Source: the human T2T-CHM13v2.0 reference genome, Homo sapiens. Taken from it: a DNA stretch of 64,000 nt. Location of the stretch: NCBI GenBank assembly GCA_009914755.4, contig CP068257.2:32640001-32704000 (forward strand). Direction: 5' to 3'. Made by a program: the position numbers and the translations under genes. Positions 1 through 12,745 of the stretch are shown in pieces; the first letter of the stretch is position 1; each line of letters starts with the position of its first letter. The notes beneath the pieces were generated by a model. That model did not search any database, was not told where the DNA came from, and was given only the letters and a program-made list of their open reading frames with translations.

Positions 1-189
1 TTGTTTCTACTGAGGCCACCAGATTGACCTCTATGTTGCAAGACCCCACGGTCATTTTTATGTCTATATTTATTCAAGGTCTCAGAGGCATTTAACATAG
101 TGTTGATAACTTCAATTTTTTTTGAAATATTCTTTTACGTTGACTTTCATGACACCACACTCACCAGATTTTACTTCTTAGTTGCTCAC

Positions 190-1430
190 CAGTAGTGGAG
201 ATAAAATGAATCATAAAGAATTCTCAATTAATTCAAAAGAAGGAAGTAAAATAGGGGAAAGGGGAGTGAAGAATAGAGAGGACATATAGAAAACAAATAG
301 AAAGATGGTATACTGGAATACTACCATATGGATAATTAAATTAGATACAAATGGTCTAAACATCCCAATTAAAAGGCAGATTGTCAGATTGGATAGCAAG
401 ACCCCATTATACGATGCCTGCAAAAAACTATATGAAGACACAGATAGATTAAAAGTTAAAGGATATAAAATATATACTCTATTAACACTAATCCAAAGAA
501 AGCAGAATTGTCCATATTAGTTTTAGACAAAGTAGACTCAGAACAAGGACTATTACAGGGATGAAAAAGGAGAGTTCATAAAGAAAAAGTGATCAATTTA
601 TAAGGAATACAAAACAATTTTAAATGTATATTCATCAATAACAGAGCTTCAAAATACATGAAGCAAAAACTAACATAACTGAAAGGATAAATGGACAAAT
701 TCACAATTATAGTTGAAGATATCAACACTCTTTTCTCTAATTGATAGGAGAGGAAAATCAACAGGCATATGTAAGACTAGAACAATATATGAACAATGTG
801 ATATAATTGACATTTATAGAAAGCTCCCCATGATGAAAACAGAACACTCATTCTTTTAATTTTCATATGGACATTCATTAAGTTCATATGCTAAAGCATA
901 AAACAAGTCTCAATAATTTAAAAGACATGAAATAATACGGAATGTGTTCTCTAGTGATAATGGAACTAAATTAGAAGTCTATCACAGAGATTGCCCACAG
1001 AGAACATGCAAAAGGACAGAAAATATGGCCCAAGATTAAAACTTGGGAGAATACCAACGTAGTGGTAGTAGAGGAAGAGCTCTTCAAAGAAGGCCAATGA
1101 GAAGAGATCAAAGAAGAATAAGGAGAACCGGGAAAGAGGAGCCATGGAGATAAAGGGAACAGAGAATTTCAAGGAACAACAATGTTATATCTAGAGGTGT
1201 CCAATAAGATAAGGATTGAAATAAATCCATTGGATTTGGAGACATGGAGATTACTGGTGACTTTAGCAAGTGAACAATTGATGGGAAATGAGGAAGTAAA
1301 GGCAGTGAGTATCTATTCCTCTTCCAGGCAAATCTCTTTTCTTCTTGGGAAAGCAAAAAACATGAAAGCAAGGCAGTGGCTGGAGAGAATCAGGGCCAGA
1401 GGAGGGAATTTTTTTCTTTTTTCTTAATTA
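190..1430 (+). mobile_element. L1 (LINE-1) fragment, old subfamily: end of ORF1/inter-ORF plus ORF2 N-terminal (endonuclease) region, truncated on both sides
   Basis: Track ORF 305..520 (IWIIKLDTNGLNIPIKRQIVRLDSKTPLYDACKKLYEDTDRLKVKGYKIY) is collinear with the L1 ORF2 N-terminus (ITILTLNVNGLNAPIKRHRLASWIK...THL..KDTHRLKIKGW). Downstream frames continue into EN-domain-like sequence with stops and frameshifts. Confidence 0.7.
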
Positions 1431-2618
1431 ATTTGTTGTTATTTTAAAGATAAGAGAGATTTGGACATGTTTGTAGGCTGAATATTAAGAGCTGGTGGTA
1501 AAAGACAGTTGAAGATACAGGAAAGGAGTTACTTGTTGGAACAATGTTCCCAAGGAGGTGGGAAAGAATGGACTTATTACTGTAGATGGGGGATTCATCT
1601 TGAATACAGATATGAGGGGCAACAATATAAGGACGAGTCTAAATGTAGATGAATTTGTAGGTGGCCATGGAAATTGCTCACACAAAGCACCTTCATGGAT
1701 TCATCTTTTACCTTTATGCTGACTCCCAAAATGTATTCCTTCTCTTAGCTCTTGAGCTCCAGATTCAACTTCCAGTTTGTACTTATCATGTACAAAAACA
1801 AGCTTGTATTCTCCCCAAGTTCCCTTCCTGACTCCTTGTTCTTCCTTTTGTTCCCTTTTGACACAGACAACTGGAACCTTGAGTTAGCCTTCTGTGTGGC
1901 ACATTCTAGCCTTTGTCCAGATGAAAAGTTGAGTTTCACTTGTCAAAACTGCAGAGCGTGGAGTGGGCTGCAATGTAGGTGATGGGGTGGAGAGTGGATA
2001 ATAGAAAATGGGTTTTGAGATGATGAAAATCAGAGATGGCCAGGCTACCTGAGGGTGTCATCCATTCACAGAGGTGAGACAGGTAGGAGATTCTAGGTAG
2101 AAAAACAGCAAAATGAAATTCTGTGAGATTAAAAAAGAGTAAAGAGTTTGGAAGGTGGGAAGCAGGCCCTTGAGAAAACTCTGAGCTGGTAGAATTCTGG
2201 ATATAAGCCCCGTCCATGGTGTTCCTTTGAACTTGATCATGAGCTTGGATGGAATCACTGAAAGCACCAAACTGATATGGACTCCCCAAATCTACTGAGG
2301 CTTCCAGCATTCTTCCAGAATCCGGATTTGAACTGTGGGTTTTCCTTTTGTGGTTCTTTTTCCATCTTTCATCCCCATCCCAGTAAGATTCATTTTTGAG
2401 TGCTAGATATTCTTCCTCTGCAATGTCTCTCTACTCTGGCCTCCAAATCATACATCTCCCCTTTTTTTCTCCTCTTGCCAACCGCTGTCTAGATTCCTTG
2501 CACCTTCTGTTTCTAGTCAGTTTAGAAATGTTAAAAAAAAAAGCTTTTCTCATAGTTTTTCTACTCTTGGCAGAGTAGACCTGGCCAGAAGCCAGTAGTA
2601 GCAATGTGCATGAAGATT

Positions 2619-2642
2619 TTATATATATATATATATATATAT
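2619..2642. repeat. (TA)n microsatellite, about 12 units
   Basis: A perfect tatatat run is visible at 2619-2642. Confidence 0.95.
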
Positions 2643-5600
2643 GTAATAATGAAGTGAAACACTGATCCAACCTTGGAAAATAACTTCCCTAAAAATTTAA
2701 ATTTATAATCTAGGCCAAGATGTTGATTGCTGTTTATTTTCTCTGAGCCAGACATAGTGGCTACAAGTTGCTTGGCTGTCCAAAGGTTCTCACAAGGCAT
2801 GATAGCCATGCCTCAGGCCCCCTGCAGAGTAGATTTAATTAGGGTAAATGATACTCATGTTTTGGCCTGGAGACCTTTGCTGTGGTCCATTTGCCCCACC
2901 GTGAGGTTGGGAATCACCCATGCTGGGCCACTCATGTGCTTCTGTCAGTTAACTCTGAATTTCACACATGCTTAGTTGCGTGAACCCTCAGAAAAGTGAC
3001 CTCTTTCTTCCTTCATCTTGACCACCTGGGATCACCTGTGGTTTTGAGACACTGTGTTTATACCATTCACAAGTTGGCCATCCCTTGTCTCTTCGACATT
3101 ATTAAGTTTTTCAAGGACAAACCCTCCATTTTGTGGTAGATACAGCTGCTTTCGACAAAGAAGAGTCTGGAAACAGGGTCTTGTCAAAATTCAGTTCAGA
3201 TGTGTGGCTGTGTTTACTCTAGCTTTGGTCAGGTGGCAGCAATATGTCTGTTGAGAACAACGGAGCTACCAGTCATGTCAGCACCCACTCCTAGGCCCCT
3301 GCTCACATAATTAAACTATTCATTCACCCTCATATCCTCACACTCAAGAAATGTAAAAGCCCATTGGGGCATTTGTTAATAATGGCTCTTTCTGGGTCCT
3401 ACTGTAAAGGAAGAGGTGTCTCCGATTATCATGTGAGGAGAAGAAGCCACGACATGTGCTGTCACTGAAGCCATGAGAGGTGGGGAAGATGGCAACACGG
3501 CTGGCCCCTCTCAGCCCACCTGAGACTGAGCTGGGTAGGGTGGGCGACATGGGAGGCAGGCAGCTTAGAGGCTTGCAGGAGGCAGCTTAGAGGCTGGTAA
3601 CACAGTGGTGCATTGGTTCCTGTTGATTGTCCCAGACCTGGGTGTGACTGAGGTAGAAGAAAGACACAGCCCTGGGTCCCTGACTCCTTCTGTTCTGGGA
3701 TTTCCCCTGATAGTGGTTATTACCAGGTACCACCTCTTCTAGGGGAGTGTTTGGAAATGTGAAAGGGGCATTTTAGTCACCATGTGTGGGCACTGGCATG
3801 ACAGGCTGAGCATAGAGGCTAAAACTCAGCGAGACCCAGTATAGTGGCACCAACAGGAAATCCTCCTGCTGGGATGTGTCCCTTTGAGAAACATGCAGAT
3901 CTCAAGGCCTCCCAAGGAGGACAGACTCTGAGGCAGGTCTGAATTTAAACATGGCGTCTCGCCCCTGCCTTTGCCTGACTGAAGGGCATTCTCTGTGGGG
4001 GCACAGAGCTCTCTGCAGCTGAAAAGAAGGCCTACGGCTCAGCATTTCAGGAGTGGGCACTGCTCCAGTATTAGCTAGGAACACAAAGTGCCTGTAGAGG
4101 TTTGAAAAAGACTGCAGGCACTGGCAAAACAAGCCCCCGCAGGTGATGAGACCCATCCTTCACTGTCACCAGAGCAAAGAATGTAGTTCAGTTACTTCCC
4201 TAAGAGGAGCACGAGGTTCTCTGGCAGGATTCAAGATGAGACTGGTGTTAGAGGGATGGATGGGAAACAGTATTAGTTTACTACACCACCCCTGACCCCC
4301 AGAAAACAAAGGTATCCCCAGAGATAGAAGTTCATTCAGCTTCTAGAAGGCTCTAAATGTTTGCACAACTTGGTTCTTCTCTCCCAGGCACTAACCTCTA
4401 CTCCTGCCCAGTTGTTGGTCTGTCAGTCTCTTTCCTCGAACCAGAGCAATAACATTTTGACAGTGTTTAGAGCCAAGCTTGGAAACAAAGGTAGACAAGT
4501 TTCTGGCTTCACTTTCTGAATTTCTTTCTCTTTCCCTCGCGCAAGGTAAGAGCAGAGCCTGCCAACAGTTTGCTAATTGTCTCCAAGTGAAAAGATTGTT
4601 TAATTCAGAAGAGATTTTAGACTCCCAGGGGCATGACACCCGTCATTTCACAATGGAGAATTATTTTTGTGGTATTTATTTTATGATTCCTGACCCTTGT
4701 TCTAGATCTTGCTGGTGTGTTTTCATTTAAAATGTATTAACTGAGACTTGGCATAGGCACTTGGCTCCATTAAGCTCTACAACAGCTTAATCCAGATTTT
4801 ATTATATTGGGACTTGAGTATACAAACTTTAAGATGAGAGGAAGCTTAAGGATAAATAGAGTAATTTTAATACTTACTATGCATTTAACTCTTTTGGTTC
4901 CCTCTAGGCAATTTTCTGGAGTGTTTGTGACTGGACTTTAACATTTCCAAAATGTGGCGACAGTGACTGTTAAGTCTTCCCAAAGACGAGGGTTCCTGGG
5001 AGCCCCAGGGTAAGTGGCAGACTAAGGTGAGCATTTAGGGTCATGATTGCTTTAGGTCAACAGCCATGCATTGGGCCTGTCTAGTGGATGCAGAGCCCTG
5101 CCAGGCATCACGGAGAAGGCAGCCTTGACTCTCCTCTGGGCTCCAGGACATTAATATTTAACTGCCTCCTTGCCAGCTCTGTTTGCTGCTCTCCCAAACT
5201 CCTCAACATTAACACTTCCAAAGTGGATCTCCTGACCTTCCCCTCAAACCTGACCCTCCAGTGTATTCCCCTTACAAAAACAAAATCACTGTCCACCTAT
5301 TTTAGTTGCTCCTGCAGTAATATCTCCTGCACTACAACCAGAGCCTGTTGGCTCCTCCTTCTCAGTATGTCTGCAATCTGTCTACTTCTCTCCATCTCAA
5401 CTGCCCTGCCAGGTCCAGCACCAACAGTTCTCACCTAGAGTCTCCCACTCCCCATTAGCCTCCTACCTGTCTTCTCACATCCATTTGTGGCCTCCACTTC
5501 TGCAGCTAGAGTGATCTCCTCTAAGTAGAAACCAAATCAGCCTACAACCTTGCCCCAAACCCATCAATGGATTCCCACTGCACTTGGCTTAAAATGGAAG

Positions 5601-5979
5601 TGTTCACACTTCCTGAAGACCCTGTGGATCTACCCCTCTTTACCTTCCAGCTCCTTGCATGCCCTTGTCTCCACTTCTTACTGGGCTCAGTCAGACCCCA
5701 CCAGTCCCCAAATCATTCCCTGGCTAAGGCTCCTTCATCTTTCAGGCTATTTCCTCTGTGAGGCCTTTCCTGATCCCCTCCTAACCTAACTGAGGCCTCT
5801 GTTATACTCTTTCATAGCACCCTGTGCTTCTTTTCCAACCTCCATGGTTCTTCTTTCCCACACACAAACCCTCTACTCCTGCCCAGTTGTTGGTCTGTCA
5901 GTCTCCTGTACAATCACGGTGTGTACTTTTATATTTATTGTTGTAATTGTGAATTTAACACCTGTCCCTTCCATCAGAC

Positions 5980-6085
5980 TCTAAGTTCCTTAAAGGTCGA
6001 GGCCCTATCTGTTTTGCTCAGAACTAGAAATTCAGCAACTGGAACAGTGCCTGGTACATCCTCAATAAATATTGGTTGAATCCAT
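5980..6085 (+). mobile_element. MIR-family SINE fragment (3' region). The upstream 5.56-5.98 kb may be part of the same old element.
   Basis: Contains the signature ...gaacagtgcctggtacatcctcaataaatattggttgaatccataaat, typical of the MIR 3' end. Confidence 0.45.
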
Positions 6086-7027
6086 AAATTTAAAAATGGA
6101 ATGGTTACTGCTTTCAAGGAGTTGATGATCACTGCCCCCAGGAAAAACCCACTGAGCCTCACCCATGTCCACTCTAGATAAGGAGAAAAATAAATATCTG
6201 AAAAAACTCAAGAACTGCTCAAAGCATTGTGAAATAAAGTGAAAATCCATATCTTGGAAAATCCAGAGGACTTATCCAAAGTCTGGTGAGTCTAACCATG
6301 TTAAGGTCATGGACTGGCGGCAGGTGGGGAGAGAGGTACCTTTCTCAGAATGATCTTTTCATCCATAACCACAAATTTCAGAGAGCTGAGAAAAGGGCTG
6401 AGTGGAGAGGGAATCCACAGAAATGTGGGTGTTGGCCACCTAGCTAGGTCCTCTTCTGGGTCCTGTTGGAAGTCCTCTTGTTAATCCATTAAGGTCTATG
6501 CATTCGTGGTTCCAGGCATCCTGCTGGGGAAACCCCCAACCACACCCTCCAAGGAGATGCGGGTCTGCTCTCATTTCCTGTCCTCTCCAGATTTCTGGAG
6601 CCCCCAGGTTGAGTGTCATGGGGGAACTCCATGGATACTCAGCAGCTACTGGTAGGAAGTCCTTCTTCGTCTCCAGCTGACTGCTGGAGCTGAGCTCCTT
6701 TGGGCTGGGCTCCTTTTCCAGGAGGTAAAATAAAATGTGCTTACTTGTTCCTAGCTGCAATTGTTTAATTGACTTGTTTTCAAGTTTTCATGTGGGCCTA
6801 GAGAGCTCGTATGTGAAGGAAACTTTTAATAATGGGTTTGAAAACAATAGTTTATAGAAAATTAGAAAGAAAAATATAAAGATTGATGAGGGCCTTTTGC
6901 TTCATGGCTGCTGGCTTATTCTAAAGGGATTCAAAGAGTTCACACTTTAGGGCCATATCTGTCTGCTTTTCCCAAGAGCAAATACGATGCCACAAATTTA
7001 GGATGGTGGTTTGTGCTATAGACTGAA

Positions 7028-7379
7028 TGTTTGTATCTCCCCAAATGTTTGTGTTGAAGCCCTAACTCTCAGTGTAATGGTCTTTGGAGGTGGGGCTTTT
7101 GTTGGGGGTGATTAGGTCATGAAGGTGACCCTCATGAATGGAATTAGTGCCCTTATGAGAAGAGACTCTGGAGGGTGCTCTTTCTCCTTCCTCCATGTGA
7201 GGACACAAGGAGGGGTTGGCAGTTTGCAGCCTGGAAGACAGCCCTCCCTAGGACGAGACCAGACTGTCACACCAATCTTAGACTTCCAGCCTCCAGAACT
7301 GTGCAAAATAAATGTCTGTTGTTCATAAGCTACCCAGTCCGTGACACTTTGTTACAGTAACCCAAAAGGACTAAGACAG
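7028..7379 (+). mobile_element. MaLR solo LTR, MLT1-like
   Basis: Starts tgtttgtatctccccaaatgtttgtgttgaagccctaac..., has the internal gtgaggacaca motif, and ends ...cagcctccagaactgtgcaaaataaatgtctgttgtt..ctaagacag, matching the MLT1 consensus ends as I remember them. Confidence 0.65.
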
Positions 7380-7690
7380 TTTGTAAAACACTAAAGGGAG
7401 AGAACCAGGTATTCCAAAAAGATGCACAAAGTCTTTTTTTGGTCAACATTTTTAGTAATGAGCTATTCAGGGCAAAGCTTGACAAGCTAATGGAGAATCT
7501 AGATAGGCCCCTGGAGGCCCAGGCCTTGGCTTAATCCCCCCAGGGCCCACACTGAATAACAGGATAAACAGAAGTAAACAGAATAAACTTTTCCCCAGCC
7601 AGCTCCCAGGAGGGCAGCACATCTCCACTAGCTTCTTGAGCACCTTTTTGTTATGTTATGCTGCTGAAAACTGAAAGGGAATTGCTATGG

Positions 7691-8103
7691 TGTGGATACT
7701 AGTCCCCTTCAAACCTGATGTTAAAATTTGACCCCCAGTGTTGGAGGTGGATCCTAATGGGAGGTGTTTGGGTCATGGAGGTGGATCCCTTGTGAACAGG
7801 TTAATACCCTCCCCTGGGGGTAAGTGAGTTCTTTCTCTGTTAGTTCCCTCAAGAGCTGGCTATTGAAACATGCCTGGCACCTTCCCCCTTGCTTGCCGTC
7901 TGGCCATGTGATCTCTGCACAACAGGCTCCACTTTGCCTTCTGCTATGAGTGGAAACAGCCTGAGGCCCTTGCCAGAAGTAGAGCAGATGCTGGTGCCAT
8001 GCTTCTTGTATAGCCTGCAGAACCATGAGCTAAATAAACCTTTCTTTATAATTTACCCAATCTCAGGAATTCCTTTATAGCAACACTGAACAGAAGAAGA
8101 CAA
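7691..8103 (+). mobile_element. MaLR/ERVL-type solo LTR (MST/MLT2-like)
   Basis: Starts tgtggatact..cccagtgttggaggtgg..ctaatgggaggtgtttgggtcatggaggtggatccc. Ends ...gcctgcagaaccatgagctaaataaacctttctttataatttacccaatctcaggaattcctttatagcaaca, the canonical MaLR LTR termini. Confidence 0.6.
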
Positions 8104-8179
8104 GAATATTCTCAAGAGCTCTTCTAGCCTGACTCACTTCAAAAAGGAAGTGAAGAATAAGAAACACCTTGTATAGTTG

Positions 8180-8295
8180 GATCCAAAGAGGTTAAGTGTG
8201 TGACTTTTGGCAAGGTCACACAGCTAGCAAACAGCAGAGCTGATGCTAGAACCTGGCCACTTTGAAACCAGACCTGTGTTCTTAACTCCTACGTC
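8180..8295 (-). mobile_element. MIR SINE fragment (tRNA-related/core region)
   Basis: gttaagtgtgtgacttttggcaaggtcacacagctagcaaacagcagagctgatgctagaacctgg resembles the MIR core (gttaagtaacttgcccaaggtcacacagctagtaagtggcagagc). Confidence 0.5.
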
Positions 8296-9754
8296 ATATC
8301 CTGCCACCAGTCTACCGTCCATGGTCCTCAGTATTTGGTGTTATGGTTCAGTGTTTCATTGTTGTGAAATCCCCTATTGTTTCTCTTCTTTTCCAACTAC
8401 TCCCCACTTCCCACAACTCCCTAACAGTCCAATATGAAATAAAACTGGAGTAGCTTTCCTTTTAGAGAATGTTCTAACCTCTCAGTCTTCCACCCCACCT
8501 CCCTCCCTGCCCATCATAACAGTAATTGGAGACATGCTGGACTGTACATGTGCATGAATTGAGAGGTCTTGACACCAAGGTTGAGAAACTAAAGCATTTA
8601 GAACTTCATGACTGTTCCTCACACAAGACAATTCCCTTTCATTTGTTGTGCAAAAATGTGCCTGAAACATGGAACATAATCTTCCCTATTCCCAGAGATA
8701 CTATGCTGGCCTTCTGTTAGCAGCATTATTTTCTTTGGAGCATCAAATACGTATACAGAAGGATTTAATTATGTTTTAGCAAATCTCAGTGAGAAAGATC
8801 TAGTACAAAAAGTCTATCTCATTTCAAGTAAAGGCCATATGCAAAAATTTTATCCAATTTTAAGTCATACAATCTTATTATATTTTAAGTGGTTTTATAA
8901 GTTGCTTAAAATGTTTTGGACAAAATGGTAGGCTGTTTAAGTAATAAAATATATGCGTGCACGCACACACAAATCTGAATTCACTGAGAGCAAATCTATA
9001 AAGGGTAAGGATACTGGAATTGAGAACACAGAACTAGAACCTAAAATAATATTTCTTCTTGTACTAGTGATAAAAGAATATGTGCTATTTTCCCACTGAA
9101 ACAAAAGTAATGTTAATTACGGAGCCACATATAATGTGAAATGTGATCGTGCTTGTGATCTGCCTAAGTCACTACTCTACTTTCAAGGTAGGAGGATGAA
9201 AATTCTCAATCCCTTTCCCTCTCCATCTGCTGCATGTATTCTGTGAGAGTGTCAAGAACGATTTGATGTCTCACAGTTGTGTTTCTCCCTCTGGTGCTGC
9301 TCTGTGCGTTCCCTGAGAGGAAGCCACCTGCTTACTGTCTTCTCTAACTGTAGGGTTCACCCAGCTACCTCCCTTTCCCGAGAGTTCAAATGGGTAGATT
9401 CACAAATGGCACAGATGGAGAAACAAATTAACTTTAGTACAGATGCTGGCATCGATATTCCTGGGATTGAACTGCTTCCAAGCCAGAAATAATCCTCAAG
9501 CTTTCAAAACTGGAAAATCAGATGCAATTTACTCTCCTTGTCAGATGGCTGGATGTGGTACAATGCCCACTGGAAAGACCAATGGGAAAAGTGTGAGCCA
9601 TTCAGGTGGCTTGGATATGAATAGCTTTAAAATTAGGCACACTATTGTGTCACTAGGATTTTCTACTAAGCTATCAGATGATTTTTTTTTGAATTTGAAA
9701 TATGGACAACTGATTGGATTCTGAGCCCAAAACGAATTGTCTCTAAAAGCCAAT

Positions 9755-9900
9755 TGGTTTATGCATTTATTCAATAAACACTTATTGCATATATGCTAGG
9801 TGATATAGGGCAACGAGAAGTAAGACATGATCCTTACACTCACTGCACAGTGACTCATGTGGGAGATGAGTGTGGACACAGATGGCTATGCTACCTTTTG
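9755..9900 (-). mobile_element. MIR-family SINE fragment
   Basis: tgcatttattcaataaacacttattgcatatatgctaggtgat... is the reverse complement of the MIR-type 3' region (cctagcacatagtaggcgctcaataaatgtttgttgaatgaatg). Confidence 0.45.
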
Positions 9901-9968
9901 ATAATGTGCTGTGATTGTCCCCACCTGGGGAGGAAGGGCAGTTTCCTGGCTGTTAGGAGCTTAATTGT

Positions 9969-10363
9969 GGGTCCCCCTCAAATTTATATGATGAAGCCTC
10001 AATCCACAGCACCTGAGACTGTAACTATATTTGGAGATAGAGCCTTGAATAAGGCAATTAAGTTAAAATGAGATGGTTGGGGTGGGCCCTTATCCCATCT
10101 GACTGGTATCCTTACAAGAAGAGGAAATTTGAACACATGAAGAGACAGCAGGGGTGTGAACACACAGAGGAAAAAGACCATGTGAGGACATAGTGAGAAG
10201 GCGGCCATCTGCAAACCAAGGAGAGAGACCTCGGAAGAGACCAACCCTGGCAACACCTTGATCTTGATTTCCAGACTCCAGAAGTGTGAGACAATACATT
10301 TCTGCTGTCTAGGCCACCTGGTCTGTCGTATTTTGTTACGGAAGCTTGAGCAGACTGATACAC
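9969..10363 (+). mobile_element. MaLR solo LTR, MLT1-like
   Basis: gggtccccctcaaatttatatgatgaagcc...cccttatcccatctgactggtatccttacaagaagagg...gccatctgcaaaccaaggagagagacctc...caccttgatcttgatttccagactccagaagtgtgagacaatacatttctgctgt...cagactgatacac follows the MLT1 consensus layout. Confidence 0.65.
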
Positions 10364-10469
10364 CTGGACTCACCCCCCTCCATCTCATTACCTATTGCTT
10401 TATTTTATTTTTGTTTCAGTATGTGTTGCTATTTGAAATTATGGTGTTTCTATTCCATTTCTTTCCAGT

Positions 10470-10600
10470 AGAATACCAACTCCACAAGGGCAGGGACTTA
10501 GCTTTATTCACCACTCATTCCCAGTCTCTGGAATAGTGGAATAGTGCCTAGCACATTGTAGGTGCTCAACAAAAAGGTGTTATGAGCAAAGGGTTGTGGC
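10470..10600 (+). mobile_element. MIR-family SINE fragment (3' region)
   Basis: ccacaagggcagggacttagctttattcaccactcattcccag...agtgcctagcacattgtaggtgctcaacaaaaaggtgtt matches the MIR-type 3' signature. Confidence 0.5.
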
Positions 10601-10974
10601 AGTGGCAAGGAGGGGGAGATTTCCTGGGGCAAAAGGATGGTGGTGTGGGCTGGAGGGAAGAAGCCTTCCCTAAGAAGAGGCGTCTGGATGGTTGAGTCTC
10701 GCCGGGCAGAGAAAGTGAAGCAAACGCATCCCTGGAAGAAGAGACAACGTGAGCAAAAGCTCAAAGGTGTGAAAATGACGTCAGATGGAAAAGTAGGTCA
10801 CTGAGACGGGATTTTAGGTGAGCCGGGGGTGGGGCAGGAGAGGAAACTTCAGGGAGAAAGGTTGGGCCAGATTATGAAAAGGTCTAGCTCCTGTACAAAG
10901 TGAAAAATGATGTGGATTCACCAAGCTGTCAGAAGGATAATGGCATCCTTTCTGTGACTATATGGAATACATAC

Positions 10975-11165
10975 ATCTATTCTACTATAAGGGATTTATT
11001 TATATCTATATTCCATATAGTCACATATAGTATATATTTACATCTATATTCCAAATAGTCACATATATAGTATATATGTGTAACTATATAGTATATATGT
11101 ATACATGTAAATAAACTGTCTGTGTGTGCACTGTGTGCACATGTGCCTGTGTGTGTACAATACAT
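10975..11165. repeat. Tandem/low-complexity repeat (about 45-bp units, TA/TG-rich) followed by an imperfect (TG)n
   Basis: atctatattccatatagtcacatatagtatatatttac is repeated with variations, then ctgtgtgtgcactgtgtgcacatgtgcctgtgtgtgtac. Confidence 0.75.
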
Positions 11166-11965
11166 GTTCACTGAGCATTTCACACACGGTAAATAACTAG
11201 GGAAATTAGTTCCCTTGTCATAGTATGTCAAGGAATTTATCCTACAGTGCTTAAAGGACCCCATGAGGTATTTAACAAGCGGAGGGGATAATTTTGAAAA
11301 GCACCAGAGAAAATACGGAGGACGGATCAGGCAAGAACCTGTAACAGGAAGGCCAGGTCAGGGGTGGGAAGTCACAGGTGCTAATGCCCAACTTAAGGCA
11401 ATGCCAATTTGGAGAGGCAGGAAAGCCTCCATTCAAGGGATATTGAGCCAGTCGAGGCATAGGTCTTAGTATCCATGCAGATGTAGGGAGTAAAGGAGAA
11501 AGGAACCAAGGATGTCTTTAAAATGCCTTGCCTTTCACCATGTTTATTGTCATTGACATTATAAGATATATCTGGTCTTTGTTTGCTTGTTTGTTTTGTT
11601 AACTGCCTTCTTGAGGCCTTTGGTGACTTTTCTCTCTATTGTATTTCATGAATACATGGCTAAAACTGTACCTAGCTGATATTAAATATGCAATCAGTAT
11701 TTACGACTGAATTAATGAATGAGTGGAAATGTTCTTTGACCTAGATAAGGAATGCAGGAGAAATATCAAGTTTGGGTAAAGAGGTATGAAAGAAAGCAGA
11801 AAAATAAAGATCCAGGAGGTGACGCCCATGGGCCATTTTGCACCTGGAGACAAGTCAGGTTTTTGGCTGCAGATGCTAGAATCATGTTGGAGTCGTTAAT
11901 ATGTTGTTGGTAGATGTGAATGAGATCACTCAGGGAAGAGACCCAGGTGGAGAATGAGAATATGC

Positions 11966-12090
11966 AGGAGACTGAGGCAGGAGGATTGTTTGAGCCTAGG
12001 AGTTGCAGGTTGCAGTGAGCTGTGATGGCACCACGCTCCAGCCTGTGTGACAGAGTGAGACCCTGGCTCAGCAAATAAAAAGAATGAAAA
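11966..12090 (+). mobile_element. Alu fragment (3' portion of right monomer) with short A-rich tail
   Basis: gaggcaggaggattgtttgagcctaggagttgcaggttgcagtgagctgtgatggcaccacgctccagcctgtgtgacagagtgagaccctggctcagcaaataaaaag matches the Alu right-arm 3' end. Confidence 0.85.
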
Positions 12091-12339
12091 TTGGGTGCAC
12101 ACAAATATGCAAAGGGGGTTAAAGGAGAGAGATGGAACCAAGGCAGGAGATGAAGAAGACTTGCTGGAAGTATCAAAGGAAAACCACCACAGCATGCTGC
12201 CCTAAACCATAGGAGGAGAACACTTCAAGGAGGGCAGTGTCAAATGACCATGAAATCCTGTGACACAATAGTTTTATGATCCAAATTTTGATGGAGAGAT
12301 GCAGTGGTGTGTTAGAGCTATGTGCTAGGGCCGGCTTTC

Positions 12340-12480
12340 AAGAGCTGATTATTAACTTTTCAGGAATTTCATGAGCTATTATTAAATAAAATTTTGTAAT
12401 TCGTTACAATTAAATTTTGATTAGATTAAAATTAAATTTTATAAGCTTACAATTAAATACATTGTATTAAAAACAATGAT
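12340..12480. repeat. AT-rich low-complexity / short tandem-like tract
   Basis: attaaataaaattttgtaattcgttacaattaaattttgattagattaaaattaaattttataagcttacaattaaatac. Confidence 0.6.
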
Positions 12481-12596
12481 AATAAATATTCAAAACTCCT
12501 CATTTTCTAATGATTTTATTTCATTTTACTATTATCTATACTTTATTGTCCCTGTGTGTAAATACTACATGATGCTTGTGCTGTTGATTACGCACC

Positions 12597-12745
12597 TCTT
12601 CTCCTCTGTATTCGGTGATGTCATGTTGGTAGCTTGAACTCAACCATGATAGGAGTATTTAAACCACGGCAATTGGCAAAGGCTGTAAGTCAGAGCTCTT
12701 CTTTCCAGAGAGCTGGTTGTTAAACATTTACTGGCACACCACTGT
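12597..12745 (+). repeat. Diverged copy of an unclassified low-copy dispersed repeat (same family as 15273-15376 and 16608-16745)
   Basis: cggtgatgtcatgttggtagcttgaactcaaccatgat...ggcaattggcaaaggct...ggttgttaaacatttactggcacaccactgt aligns collinearly, at roughly 70% identity, with ccgtgatgtcatgctggtcacttgagattagccatatt...ggaaattggcaaatgct...ggttgctgaacctttaccggcacactgctgt at 16608-16745. Confidence 0.55.

Noticed and set aside
3556-3596. Short tandem duplication ggcagcttagaggct(tgcaggag)gcagcttagaggct
   Set aside because: It is a single 15-bp duplication and too short to be meaningful. It is noted only as a replication-slippage scar.
4530-4545. Canonical-looking splice donor (gcaag|gtaagagc) after a short open frame
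   Set aside because: Isolated AG|GTAAGA matches occur frequently by chance. There is no upstream acceptor/polypyrimidine context or coding signal, and no evidence of an exon.
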